A model generated the notes under the pieces. The model searched no databases and was not told the origin of the DNA. It was given only the letters and a program-made list of their open reading frames with translations. A DNA stretch of 64,000 nucleotides from positions 2,971-66,970 of the forward strand of contig JACRMR010000013.1 in assembly GCA_016214895.1 (NCBI GenBank). The letters are read 5' to 3'. This stretch comes from Candidatus Zhuqueibacterota bacterium (GTDB lineage: Bacteria; Electryoneota; RPQS01). A program made the translations under genes and the position numbers. Positions 47,511-56,635 of the stretch are shown here, piece after piece. Positions within the stretch are counted from its first letter, which is position 1. Each line of letters opens with the position of its first letter.

Positions 47511-47535
47511 CAATTTCCTCAGAAAGCCGTATTTT
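47507..47535 (+). promoter_or_regulatory. Sigma70-type promoter of rplU-rpmA
   Basis: TTGACA-N17-TATTTT; the -35 box overlaps the rne/rng stop codon; same hexamers as the rpsL promoter. Confidence 0.7.
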
Positions 47536-47567
47536 AGAGGGCTTTACGAGAAAGGCCAATTTCCACC

Positions 47568-47882
47568 ATGTACGCAGTATTTAATGTGACCCCCGGCCGT
47601 CAGGTCAAAGCCGCCCCCGGCAGTACCGTGAAGGTCGATTATTTCGAAGAAGCCAAAGCAGGCCAGAAGCTGGTCTTCGATGAGGTGCTGCTGGTTTCTG
47701 ACGGAGCCGTGCCAAAGATCGGAGCTCCCTACGTCAAGGCCAAGGTGCATGCCACCGTCGTCGGACACGGGCGCAATCCCAAAGTTGTCGTCTTCAAGAA
47801 GAAGAAGCGAATCGACTATCACAAGCAGCGCGGCCACAAGCAGCACTTCACGACGCTGCACATCGACTCGATCGAGGCCTGA
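47568..47882 (+). CDS. rplU: 50S ribosomal protein bL21
   Basis: MYAVF...[27 protein letters not shown]. Confidence 0.95.
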   Translation: MYAVFNVTPGRQVKAAPGSTVKVDYFEEAKAGQKLVFDEVLLVSDGAVPKIGAPYVKAKVHATVVGHGRNPKVVVFKKKKRIDYHKQRGHKQHFTTLHIDSIEA

Positions 47883-47944
47883 GTCTTGTCAGCGGTCAAT
47901 CCGCCGCTGCTCCAGTTTCAAAGTATTCCAACCGCTTCCCTCCC

Positions 47945-48208
47945 ATGGCTCACAAAAAAGGTCAAGGCTCTTCGCGCAACGGCCGCGACAGTCAGCCCAA
48001 GATGCTCGGCGTCAAGCGTTTTGCCGGTCAGCATGTCAGTGCCGGAGAGATTCTCGTGCGCCAGCGCGGGACCAAAATCAAGCCGGGCGAAAACGTCGGT
48101 TGCGGGCGCGATCATACGCTGTTTGCCCTGATCGAGGGCAAAGTGAAGTTCGTGACTTCCACAAATGCACTGCGGAAGTCCGTCCATATCGAGCCCGTGG
48201 AGGCGTAG
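47945..48208 (+). CDS. rpmA: 50S ribosomal protein bL27
   Basis: [33 protein letters not shown]. Confidence 0.98.
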   Translation: MAHKKGQGSSRNGRDSQPKMLGVKRFAGQHVSAGEILVRQRGTKIKPGENVGCGRDHTLFALIEGKVKFVTSTNALRKSVHIEPVEA

Positions 48209-48354
48209 CGGACTCGAATTGATTTAGCGGCCGATTGTCACTCGCCGCGCTTCGTTTCAAGCATTTTGCGCGGCCTGATCTTCAGCGCCGCGCTTTCTTT
48301 TGTTGACAAAACCATTCCGATTTCAGCTATGTCCCTCCCCAAACACCTCCTCTC

Positions 48355-49278
48355 ATGAAAATCACCGTCATCGGCGCCGGCAACGTCGGAGCCACCTGCG
48401 CGTACATTCTCGCCGCTAAGAACATTTGCAGAGAAGTCGTCGTCATCGATATTCTTGACGGCATTCCGCAGGGCAAGGGTCTGGATATGTACCAGGCCGC
48501 ACCCGTTGGAGCTTACGACACCGTTGTGCGCGGCACTAACGCGTACGCCGACACCGCCAACTCCGATATTATCGTCATGACCGCCGGTAAGCCGCGTCAG
48601 CCCGGAATGTCGCGGGATGACTTGCTGGCCGCGAATGTGGTGATCATCAAGGACGCGATTACGCAGGCGGCCAAGGTCTCGCCCAACGCGTTTATCATCA
48701 TGGTCTCGAATCCGCTGGATGCGATGTGCTTCGCCGCTTTGAAGCTGTCCGGCTTCCCGCACAAAAAAGTGTTTGGAATGGCCGGGATTCTCGACACGGC
48801 TCGTTACCGGACGTTCATTGCGATGGAACTGGAAGTGTCCGTACGGGACGTCGCGGCGGTTGTGCTCGGAGGTCATGGCGACACGATGGTTCCACTGCCG
48901 CGGCTGACTACCGTCGGCGGAGTGCCGCTGACGGCGCTGCTGCCCAAGGAGCGCATTGATGCGATCGTGCAGCGCACTCGTGACGGCGGTGCTGAAATCG
49001 TGAAGTACTTGAAGACCGGCTCGGCGTTTTACGCACCGGCGGCGGCCGCGGTCGAAATGGTCGAGAGCATCGTGCACGATCAGAAGCGCGTGCTGCCCTG
49101 CGCTGCATGGCTGCAGGGCGAATACGGCTATCGCGACATCTACATGGGTGTCCCTGTGATCGTCGGCAAGCAGGGCGTCGAGAAGATCCTTGAGATCCCC
49201 TTCAACGACGATGAAAAGGCCATGTTCGCCAAGTCGGCCGATGCCGTGACCTCGCTCTTGCAAGCGACGAAAGTCTAA
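48355..49278 (+). CDS. mdh: Malate dehydrogenase (LDH-like)
   Basis: [21 protein letters not shown] (Arg specificity residue), VSNPLD, LDTAR, GGHGD, GSAFYAP. Confidence 0.96.
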   Translation: MKITVIGAGNVGATCAYILAAKNICREVVVIDILDGIPQGKGLDMYQAAPVGAYDTVVRGTNAYADTANSDIIVMTAGKPRQPGMSRDDLLAANVVIIKDAITQAAKVSPNAFIIMVSNPLDAMCFAALKLSGFPHKKVFGMAGILDTARYRTFIAMELEVSVRDVAAVVLGGHGDTMVPLPRLTTVGGVPLTALLPKERIDAIVQRTRDGGAEIVKYLKTGSAFYAPAAAAVEMVESIVHDQKRVLPCAAWLQGEYGYRDIYMGVPVIVGKQGVEKILEIPFNDDEKAMFAKSADAVTSLLQATKV

Positions 49279-49342
49279 CCCGAAATTGCGGGTTTGAATT
49301 GGTCTTGCGAGTTTCCCGCCACTTAATTGAGGAGACCGAATC

Positions 49343-50047
49343 ATGAAGACCGTTGGTGTAGTCCTCGCCGGTTGCGGCTACCTGGACGGGGCCGAGATCT
49401 ACGAGTCGGTGCTCACATTGCTCAGCTTGGATCGGCTCGGCGTTGCTTATCAATGTTTGGCGCCGGATCTGCCGCAGATGCACGTTGTGAATCACGTGAG
49501 CGGCGACGCGATGGGGGAGTCCCGTCGCGTACTGGTCGAAGCGGCTCGCATCGCCCGCGGCAAGATCGCCGCGCTGGATAACAGTTGGGTCGCCAAACTC
49601 GATGCGGTGATTCTCCCCGGCGGATTTGGCGCGGCCAAGAATTACTGTGACTTTGCAACCAAGGGTGAGGCCTGTTCGATTCAGCCGGTGGTGGAATCGT
49701 TCATGCGCGCGATGGTTGCGGCGCGCAAGCCCGTCGGAGTGATCTGCATTTCCCCGATCGTCCTGGCCCGAGCGCTCAAGGGGACCAACGTGCATGCGTC
49801 GCTCACGCTTGGCGCCCAGTCGAGTGCGTCCGCCGCCGCCGAGGCGTTCGGGTCCAAGCATGTTGTCTGCGAGGTCACGGACTGCGTCGCCGATCATGAG
49901 AATCTGATCGTCTCCACACCCGCCTATATGTACAGCGCGCGGATTGCGGACGTTGAAATCGGGATCGAGAAGCTCGTCCGGCAGGTCGTCCACATGACTC
50001 ACGAAGCGACTGAAAAGCCCCGGGATTCGGTTTTGACGACGGCATAG
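49343..50047 (+). CDS. elbB: ElbB/ES1 family glyoxalase (DJ-1/PfpI superfamily)
   Basis: GCGYLDGAEIYE, R.VLVEAARIARG, PGGFGAAKN, ICISP, STPAYM. Confidence 0.93.
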   Translation: MKTVGVVLAGCGYLDGAEIYESVLTLLSLDRLGVAYQCLAPDLPQMHVVNHVSGDAMGESRRVLVEAARIARGKIAALDNSWVAKLDAVILPGGFGAAKNYCDFATKGEACSIQPVVESFMRAMVAARKPVGVICISPIVLARALKGTNVHASLTLGAQSSASAAAEAFGSKHVVCEVTDCVADHENLIVSTPAYMYSARIADVEIGIEKLVRQVVHMTHEATEKPRDSVLTTA

Positions 50048-50074
50048 CGGAATCGCCTGACAGCACGAAACGCG

Positions 50075-50105
50075 AAAGACCGGTTGTATTGGCCGGTCTT
50101 TTTTT
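50075..50105 (+). terminator. Rho-independent terminator after mdh-elbB
   Basis: AAAGACCGGT-tgtattg-GCCGGTCTTT followed by further Ts. Confidence 0.8.
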
Positions 50106-50120
50106 ATATCTTGATTCGTT

Positions 50121-50281
50121 GGGGTATGCCCTGCCGTGGTCCGCGCCGTTGCATCCGGTTTTCCATGAGTTTGAGGGTCTGCCGCCGGATGTGAGCGACG
50201 ACTTCTAACGAGAAGTGACCCGCGGTTTGACGTGTTGTGCCTCGGCGTTGACGATCCGCGGAGGCCGGGTGGGGCAATATC
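50121..50281 (+). ncRNA. Candidate structured RNA or leader (family unassigned)
   Basis: Closing stem TGCCCTGCC (50127)/GGTGGGGCA (50268); inner stems CGTTGC-ATCCGG/CCGGAT..GCGACG and ACTTCT/AGAAGT; possible TTGTAT-N17-TATCTT promoter upstream. Confidence 0.3.
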
Positions 50282-50334
50282 GTTTTCGCCGCGACGCATT
50301 TCGAATCACGAATTTTAGCCGGTGAAAGGCGACC

Positions 50335-51975
50335 TTGGCTGAATCATCCGACAAGCGCTATCGCGATCTGCTGGACCACTTCTTTGCGGGAAGTGCGCGC
50401 CTGCGGTTGCTCGAATCCGCCGATCAGATAGTGAATCATGTCTGTCGGATAATCGTCGGATCCGGCATGTTTCGCGGCGCGGTGCTATTGGTCGCTGACG
50501 ACAAGTTCCGCATTCGCGACGCCGGCTTCGACGCGGCGACGGCTGACGCGGTGGAGTTCTTGCGCACGCGTGTTCGCGTGCTGGAAGGGCGCGCGTTGCG
50601 TCCGTTCGATTTCGTGCGTGCCGACAGCGAACTCGGCGCGGCGCAGTTGATCCCCGGGAAAGTCGATGCCCACGAATGCCCGATCGGCGAGTGGGCGGAG
50701 GCAGATCAACTGGCTCTACCGATGCCGGGTCAAGACGGAGCCATCGCAGGGTTTCTCACCACGATCGCGGTACGGGCCGGAGCGCGACCCGTGAGCGACG
50801 ACGTGCGACTGTTGGAGGTCTTGCTCCAGCACTGCTCATTGCAGCTCCACGCGACCCAGGCGCGTGACAGGCTGATGGCGCGGACGGAAGACGTCGAACA
50901 GCGCTTGTACGAGCGAATGGCGGAAGCCAGATTGGCGCAGGAGAAATTCTCGCGTCTGATCAATACCAGCCGGGACGTGATCCTGATTACGGACGAGCGC
51001 GACCTCGTGATCTACTTGAATCAGGCGTTCAGCGACGTGCTGGGATTTGCCCGTGAGAACTTTCTGGGCAGACCCTTGCCGTCCGTCCTGCGTGAACTTG
51101 CGCTGGATCGCGGTGCGATCGATGAAGCACTGCGGAACCTGGAAGTCCCGGGGAATGACGCGATCATGACGCAGGTCGAACTCAAGACCGCCGGCGCGGC
51201 GCGACGCGCCTTCGAATTTACGCGCTTGCCGGTCAGGCAGGGCGGCACCCCGCGCGGCGACCAGTACCTGTTGCGCGATGTCACCCACGAACGGGCGTTG
51301 TTTCAGCATCTCTTGACTTCGGAGCGATTGGCCGCCACCGGACGCTTGGCCGCGGGTGTTGCGCACGAAATAAACAACCCGTTGCAGGCGATCTTGTCCC
51401 AGCTGAACTCGCTCCAAAAACTGGTGGACCCGGCGCAGGCCGGCGAACAAGTGGAGCGAATCCGCGAAGCCATCAGTCGAATCCGCCAGGTCCTGCGGGG
51501 AATGTTGGAGTTGAATCGCGGCGGCGAAGTCGCGCGCACCAGCGTTGCGCTGAACTCCGTGATCGAGAACGTCCTGCTGTTATTGCGACCGCAACTTAAC
51601 GAAGCGGGGATTACGGCCAATACTGATTTGCAACCGGAGCTCCCGACGATCATCGCCGCCGCGGCCGAGCTTCAGCAACTACTGCTGAATCTGGTTTTGA
51701 ATGCCATCGAAGCGATGCCCGGCGGTGGAGCACTGCGGATCGTGTCGCGCGCATCGGAAACCGCCGTCGAAGTCCTGATCAGCGACGACGGTGCGGGAAT
51801 GGCGCCGGACGTGATCCCGCACATCTTCGAACCATTCTTCACCCGGAAGAGTACGGGAACCGGCCTTGGACTCTACATCTCAAAGGGAATCGCTGATTCC
51901 TACAAGGCACAGATTCAGGTAGAGTCCGCCCTCGGCAGCGGGTCCACATTCACCGTTTCCTTTCCGCTGGCATAG
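50335..51975 (+). CDS. Cytoplasmic sensor histidine kinase (GAF-like, PAS, HisKA, HATPase)
   Basis: PAS-like DVILITD...YLNQAF..VLGF; H-box AHEINNPL; NLVLNAIEAM; D.GAGM; FEPFFT; GTGLGL; no TM helix. Confidence 0.93.
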   Translation: MAESSDKRYRDLLDHFFAGSARLRLLESADQIVNHVCRIIVGSGMFRGAVLLVADDKFRIRDAGFDAATADAVEFLRTRVRVLEGRALRPFDFVRADSELGAAQLIPGKVDAHECPIGEWAEADQLALPMPGQDGAIAGFLTTIAVRAGARPVSDDVRLLEVLLQHCSLQLHATQARDRLMARTEDVEQRLYERMAEARLAQEKFSRLINTSRDVILITDERDLVIYLNQAFSDVLGFARENFLGRPLPSVLRELALDRGAIDEALRNLEVPGNDAIMTQVELKTAGAARRAFEFTRLPVRQGGTPRGDQYLLRDVTHERALFQHLLTSERLAATGRLAAGVAHEINNPLQAILSQLNSLQKLVDPAQAGEQVERIREAISRIRQVLRGMLELNRGGEVARTSVALNSVIENVLLLLRPQLNEAGITANTDLQPELPTIIAAAAELQQLLLNLVLNAIEAMPGGGALRIVSRASETAVEVLISDDGAGMAPDVIPHIFEPFFTRKSTGTGLGLYISKGIADSYKAQIQVESALGSGSTFTVSFPLA

Positions 51976-51993
51976 TCGAGCGGTCGCCCAATG

Positions 51994-52023
51994 AAAGCGG
52001 CGCATCACCCTGATGCGCCGTTC
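51994..52023. terminator. Hairpin between the convergent kinase and radC genes (possible bidirectional terminator)
   Basis: AAA-GCGGCGCATCA-ccc-TGATGCGCCGT-T. Confidence 0.6.
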
Positions 52024-52053
52024 GTGTATTGCCAAGCCTCCGGCGTCGATTCG

Positions 52054-53553
52054 CTAAAAAAGTCCGGCCTCTTTCATGCTGAACCACGATTCGCCGCCGA
52101 CGATCAAGTGATCGATCAGCTCAATCCCCAGCATCTGCCCGGCCGCCGCCAGTTGCTTGGTCATCTCCACGTCCTCGGGCGACGGTTCGGGATCGCCGCT
52201 CGGGTGGTTGTGAACAACGATAACGGATACCGCGCGGTGCGTGACGGCCGGGCGAAACACTTCGCGCGGATGCAGGATCGCGCTGGTCAGGGTTCCGATG
52301 GAAATGACTTCGTCCGCGACCAATCGCTGACGCGAATTCAGATATAGCCCGCGAAACTGCTCACGTCGCAAATTCATCATGTCCGCGGTATGTCGAAAGA
52401 CGTCCTCCGGCCCGCGCAGAATCGGAAAGTCCTCACCCGAGCGCGCGAAAAAGCGGCGGCCAAGTTCAAACGCCGCGACGATCTGCAAGGCGCGCGGCCG
52501 GCTGATCTTCAGCGATTCACTCAGCCGGTCCGGGTCACGCTCCTCGGCGACCGCGCGCGAGCCGTACTCTTTGACCACGCGCTGGGCCAGCTTGCTGAAG
52601 CGGTGCGTCGATTCGCCGGCGGACATCACCAGCGAGAGCAGGTCCGCCGTGACCATGGTCTCGATTTCGGGTGCATCCGGCCGGGGCAGCTCGGGCAACT
52701 TGGTTCGCGCGATCTGCGCTTCCTCAACCGCAACTTCGGCCAGCGCGGAGGACTCCGCGGCGAATAAGGACCCCTCCGGCGCCGCGGTCGCGTAACTGGT
52801 CTTCTTCATCCCGAACAAGAGCGCAAAACTCGGAGGCTCAACACCGCCAATCTCGATGCGCCGCTTGACGTCGATTAGGCGATGCTCGAACTCGTCGCGG
52901 CGCGCCCCGACGCGCCCCAGCGATGGGATCAGATCGGTCTTGAGCCGGTCCAGACACTCGCGCTTGTAGCCGAACTTCGCCGCGTTGTCCCCGCTGAAAT
53001 CCTGCGGACCGTAGTCCACCACACGCAGATGGTGGATGTCGCGCATCCGCAATTCCGCGCGGATCTCATCGACGGTCGGCACGACCAAGGTCAGGCCGGT
53101 GATCGCCATGTCGCGATCCAACAGGAGGCGATCCAACTCGAGCAGGTTGAGTTGCTGCTCGTTCAGCACCCGACCGCTGCTCTCGAGTACGACAAGACTC
53201 GCGCGCTGGTGCAACACGCGGGTGCACTCCTTGAGGAATGCGCGCCAATCAGGTACACGCGAACAAACGCGGCCGACATACACGACATCGAACTCGTTGT
53301 CGCCGAAGGGCAGAATCGACGTGTCCGGCAAGATGGTTACATTCGTGTTCCGCACCGCGCTTTCCGGGCGCGGCGGCGGTGCGAGTACCGGTTGAACGCG
53401 CACGCATTCCACGGACTCGAACCGACGTGAGACGATCGGAACGAGCGTATCTCGCTCGCTCTCGACGATGAGCGCGCGGCGGCCGCTGAATCGGCCGAGC
53501 GCTTCCACGAGCGGTTCGCAACGAATCCAGAGGTTATCCAACACTCGCTCCAC
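52054..53553 (-). CDS. radC: RadC (UPF0758, JAB/MPN) protein with N-terminal methyltransferase-fold domain
   Basis: C-terminal REQFRGLYLN, ISIGTL..AILHPREVF, HNHPSGDPEPSPED, GIELIDHLIVG; AAFELGRR helix; N-terminal LPFGDNEFDVV...LKECTRVL. Confidence 0.88.
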   Translation of the reverse strand: MERVLDNLWIRCEPLVEALGRFSGRRALIVESERDTLVPIVSRRFESVECVRVQPVLAPPPRPESAVRNTNVTILPDTSILPFGDNEFDVVYVGRVCSRVPDWRAFLKECTRVLHQRASLVVLESSGRVLNEQQLNLLELDRLLLDRDMAITGLTLVVPTVDEIRAELRMRDIHHLRVVDYGPQDFSGDNAAKFGYKRECLDRLKTDLIPSLGRVGARRDEFEHRLIDVKRRIEIGGVEPPSFALLFGMKKTSYATAAPEGSLFAAESSALAEVAVEEAQIARTKLPELPRPDAPEIETMVTADLLSLVMSAGESTHRFSKLAQRVVKEYGSRAVAEERDPDRLSESLKISRPRALQIVAAFELGRRFFARSGEDFPILRGPEDVFRHTADMMNLRREQFRGLYLNSRQRLVADEVISIGTLTSAILHPREVFRPAVTHRAVSVIVVHNHPSGDPEPSPEDVEMTKQLAAAGQMLGIELIDHLIVGGESWFSMKEAGLF

Positions 53554-55456
53554 TCTCGATAGTTCCGTCCACGGTCAAGAGTCTCAACTCCCCGTTCTGT
53601 TTGGCGGCCAGCAGCATCCCCTGCGACTCCTCACCGCGAAGCCGGGCCGGCTTGAGATTGGCCACGACGATGATCAACCTGCCGATCAGTGACTCCGGCG
53701 AGTAGAACTGAGCGATGCCCGCGATGATCTGGCGCCGTTCAACGCCAACCTCAATTTGCAGTTTCAACAGCTTGTCGGCCTTCTCGACGCGTTCCGCCGA
53801 AAGTACCCGGGCCACTCGCAATTGTACTTTGCTGAAATCGCCAATCTCGATTAAATCAACCGTCGGTTGCGGTGGCGCGACAGCGGCCGCAGCCGACGGC
53901 GACACATCGGGGAAGAACTCGGGCAGCAGCCGCGGCAGCTCCCGCTCTTCGATCCGCGGAAAGAGCGGCTCGCCATGGACAAGTTTGGCACCGGAACGCA
54001 GACCGCCCCAGCGCGCCGATTCGGCGAGCGTGAACCGCTCGACCGGCACACCCAACCGGGCAAACACGACACTCGTGCGCTCGGGCATCACCGGCGACAA
54101 CAACACGGCGGCAATGCGCAAGGCCTCGGCACACTCGTATAGCACTTCGCCGCAACGGATCTTGTCGGTTTTCGCCAACGCCCACGGCGCCGAGCCTTCA
54201 AAGTAACGGTTCGTCGCGCGTACGAGCTGCATCGTCTCCTCGACCAGCGTATGGAACTTGAGTTGGTCCAGCAGCTCGGGAATCTGAGCGACCAATCGCG
54301 CGGAATGGCTCGCGAGTGCTCCGGGTACGGCCGGGCCGACCGGAATCAGTCCGTCGAAGTGATCGACCACGAGCTTGGATATCCGTGAGAGCAGATTCCC
54401 AAAATCGTTCGCCAGATCGCTGTTGATCCGCTGCACCATCGAATCCAGCGAATAGCCGGCGTCGATGCCAAAGACCATGTCCCGCAGCAAGAAGTACCGA
54501 ATGGAGTCCGCCCCGAACGCGCGCACCAGCGGCTCCACGGGCATCATCGGCCCGGCGGATTTCGAGATCTTCTCGCCCTTGTGCGTCCAGTAGCCGTGCA
54601 CGGAAAGATGTTGAAACGGCTCGATCCCGGCCGCCTTCAACATCGTCGGCCAGTAGATGCCGTGCGGCTTCAGAATGTCCTTGCCGATAATGTGCTCGAC
54701 CGCCGACCAGTGCCGCGACCACTGCGGATCGCCGTCATAACCGACGCCCGTCAGGTAGTTCAGCAGTGCGTCGAACCAAACATACGTGACGTAGTTCCTG
54801 TCGAACGGAATCTCGATTCCCCACGACAAGCGCGTGCGCGGCCGGGAAATGCAGAGATCGTCGAGCGGCTCCCGCAGATAGCCGAGCGCCTCGTTGCGAT
54901 ATCGTTCCGGCCGGATGAATTGCGGATCGCGCTGAATCTTGTCAATCAACCAGTCCTGATACTTGCTCATGCGGAAGAAGTAGTTCTGCTCCTGCACGTA
55001 CTCCGGAACCGTGCCGTGCGTGGGGCACTTGCCCTCGATGAGCTCCTTCTCGGTCAAGAACCGCTCACACCCCGTGCAGTAGTGGCCGCCGTACTCGCCG
55101 AAATAGATGTCGCCGCTATCATAGACCCGTTGCAGGATCTTCTGCACAAGCGCGACATGCGCGGGTTCGGTGGTGCGAACAAACCGGTCGTAGGCAATGT
55201 GCAGCTTGGGCCAGAGCACCTTAAATCGCGCGCTGACCGTGTCCGTCCAGTCTTGCGGCGATACGCCCGCCGCCGCCGCCGACTTGGCGATCTTCTCGCC
55301 GTGCTCATCGGTGCCCGTCAGATAGAACGCCGTCTCGCCCAGCAGCCGGTGATAGCGTGCCAACGTGTCCGCCAGCACCGTCGTGTACGAGGTGCCGATG
55401 TGCGGATCGGCGTTCACATAGTAAATCGGCGTCGTTATGTAATAGGACTTCTGCAC
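53534..55456 (-). CDS. metG: Methionine--tRNA ligase with C-terminal tRNA-binding domain
   Basis: YYITTPIYYVN..PHIG, GTDEHG.K, YVWFDAL.NY, IGKDI, KISKS, C-terminal ANLKPA.LRG.ESQGM. Confidence 0.97.
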   Translation of the reverse strand: MQKSYYITTPIYYVNADPHIGTSYTTVLADTLARYHRLLGETAFYLTGTDEHGEKIAKSAAAAGVSPQDWTDTVSARFKVLWPKLHIAYDRFVRTTEPAHVALVQKILQRVYDSGDIYFGEYGGHYCTGCERFLTEKELIEGKCPTHGTVPEYVQEQNYFFRMSKYQDWLIDKIQRDPQFIRPERYRNEALGYLREPLDDLCISRPRTRLSWGIEIPFDRNYVTYVWFDALLNYLTGVGYDGDPQWSRHWSAVEHIIGKDILKPHGIYWPTMLKAAGIEPFQHLSVHGYWTHKGEKISKSAGPMMPVEPLVRAFGADSIRYFLLRDMVFGIDAGYSLDSMVQRINSDLANDFGNLLSRISKLVVDHFDGLIPVGPAVPGALASHSARLVAQIPELLDQLKFHTLVEETMQLVRATNRYFEGSAPWALAKTDKIRCGEVLYECAEALRIAAVLLSPVMPERTSVVFARLGVPVERFTLAESARWGGLRSGAKLVHGEPLFPRIEERELPRLLPEFFPDVSPSAAAAVAPPQPTVDLIEIGDFSKVQLRVARVLSAERVEKADKLLKLQIEVGVERRQIIAGIAQFYSPESLIGRLIIVVANLKPARLRGEESQGMLLAAKQNGELRLLTVDGTIESGASVG

Positions 55457-55459
55457 TGA

Positions 55460-56635
55460 CTATTCCTCGTCTCCGTCGTCATCGTCGTCCGTTTCGGTGC
55501 CGGCCTGCGCCGGAGCAGGTCCCGTGGCGGCGCCACCGACGGCTCCCGAGCCGGGCTTCTTCTTGCGACGACGGCGCCGCTTCTTTTTTGTCGGTTCCGC
55601 GCTCTTCGGCGTCGCATCCACGTTCTGGCCGAAACGTACCTCGCCGCTGCCATCCTGTGCCTGCATGCCAAGACCGCCCCCGGCCAACAACGTGATCTTC
55701 TCCGCACCCTCGACGCTTTCCGGTGCCGTTTCGATCTGGCTCTTGACGGCCTGAGGTTTAGGCAACGCCGTCGCCGGCTTGCGACCACAAGTGCAAATGC
55801 ACTCCGACCGCGGCATCTCGGGCTTCCAGTTTGAAATCTGCAAGAACTCCTCGCGGGAGTACTTGTCAACCGTGCCATCGCCGAAGCGAATCTGAATCTG
55901 CTCGCGCATCACGTCAAGCTTGTCGATCACACCTTCCTGCTTGGACTCGTCCTTGACGGGATGGCCAACCTTGGGACACGAGCGCTGGAAGTCGCGATAT
56001 ACGTCTAACTCGTAGCGCAAACAGCACTTGAGGCGGCCGCACACCCCCGAGAGTTTCGACGGATTCAGCGGCAGGAACTGGTCCCGCGGCATCTGCGTCG
56101 TGATCGGTTTGAACTCGCTCAGAAACGTGGCACAGCATAGGGGACGTCCGCAAATCCCGTACCCGTTGGTGCGCTTCGTCTCATCCCGCGCCCCGATCTG
56201 GCGCAGATCAATCCGGGTCCGGAATGTCGTGGCCAAGTCCTTGACCAATTCCCGGAAATCCACCCGCCCCTCGGCTGTGAAGTAAAACGTCATCTTGCGG
56301 CCATCCCACTGCAGCTCGACATCGACGACCTTCATGTCCAAGTGGTGCTCGCCGACCTTCTTACGGGCGCCGCGTTTGGCCTCGAGCTCGCGGTCCCGAT
56401 TCTGATCGAGTACCCGAAGGTCTGCCGTTGTGGCGCGGCGTAACACGCGGTAGGGCAGATTGTCACTGCCCTGCATCCCGCCACGCCAGCCCAGGTGGCT
56501 GATCTTGCCCAAGTCCAGCCCCCGCTCCACATCCACAATCGCGGGTTCGCCGACGGCGAAGGGAAACTGCATGGGATTCGCCGCAAATTCCTTGCGCCGA
56601 CCCTTGAATTCTATTTCGAGGACATCAAGCATCAT
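55460..56635 (-). CDS. PSP1-domain protein (YaaT/RicT family)
   Basis: FYFTAEGRVDFRELVKDLA, RQIGARDE, GICGRPLCC, NPSKLSGVCGRLKCCLRYE; located between holB and metG. Confidence 0.93.
   Translation of the reverse strand: MMLDVLEIEFKGRRKEFAANPMQFPFAVGEPAIVDVERGLDLGKISHLGWRGGMQGSDNLPYRVLRRATTADLRVLDQNRDRELEAKRGARKKVGEHHLDMKVVDVELQWDGRKMTFYFTAEGRVDFRELVKDLATTFRTRIDLRQIGARDETKRTNGYGICGRPLCCATFLSEFKPITTQMPRDQFLPLNPSKLSGVCGRLKCCLRYELDVYRDFQRSCPKVGHPVKDESKQEGVIDKLDVMREQIQIRFGDGTVDKYSREEFLQISNWKPEMPRSECICTCGRKPATALPKPQAVKSQIETAPESVEGAEKITLLAGGGLGMQAQDGSGEVRFGQNVDATPKSAEPTKKKRRRRRKKKPGSGAVGGAATGPAPAQAGTETDDDDDGDEE

Noticed and set aside
48303..48333. TTGACA upstream of mdh (and another at 63893)
   Set aside because: There is no convincing -10 hexamer at 16-18 nt spacing.
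52054..52420. radC as a marker of a prophage, ICE or other mobile element
   Set aside because: There is no integrase, transposase, att-like repeat or compositional break, and the gene is coupled to housekeeping metG.
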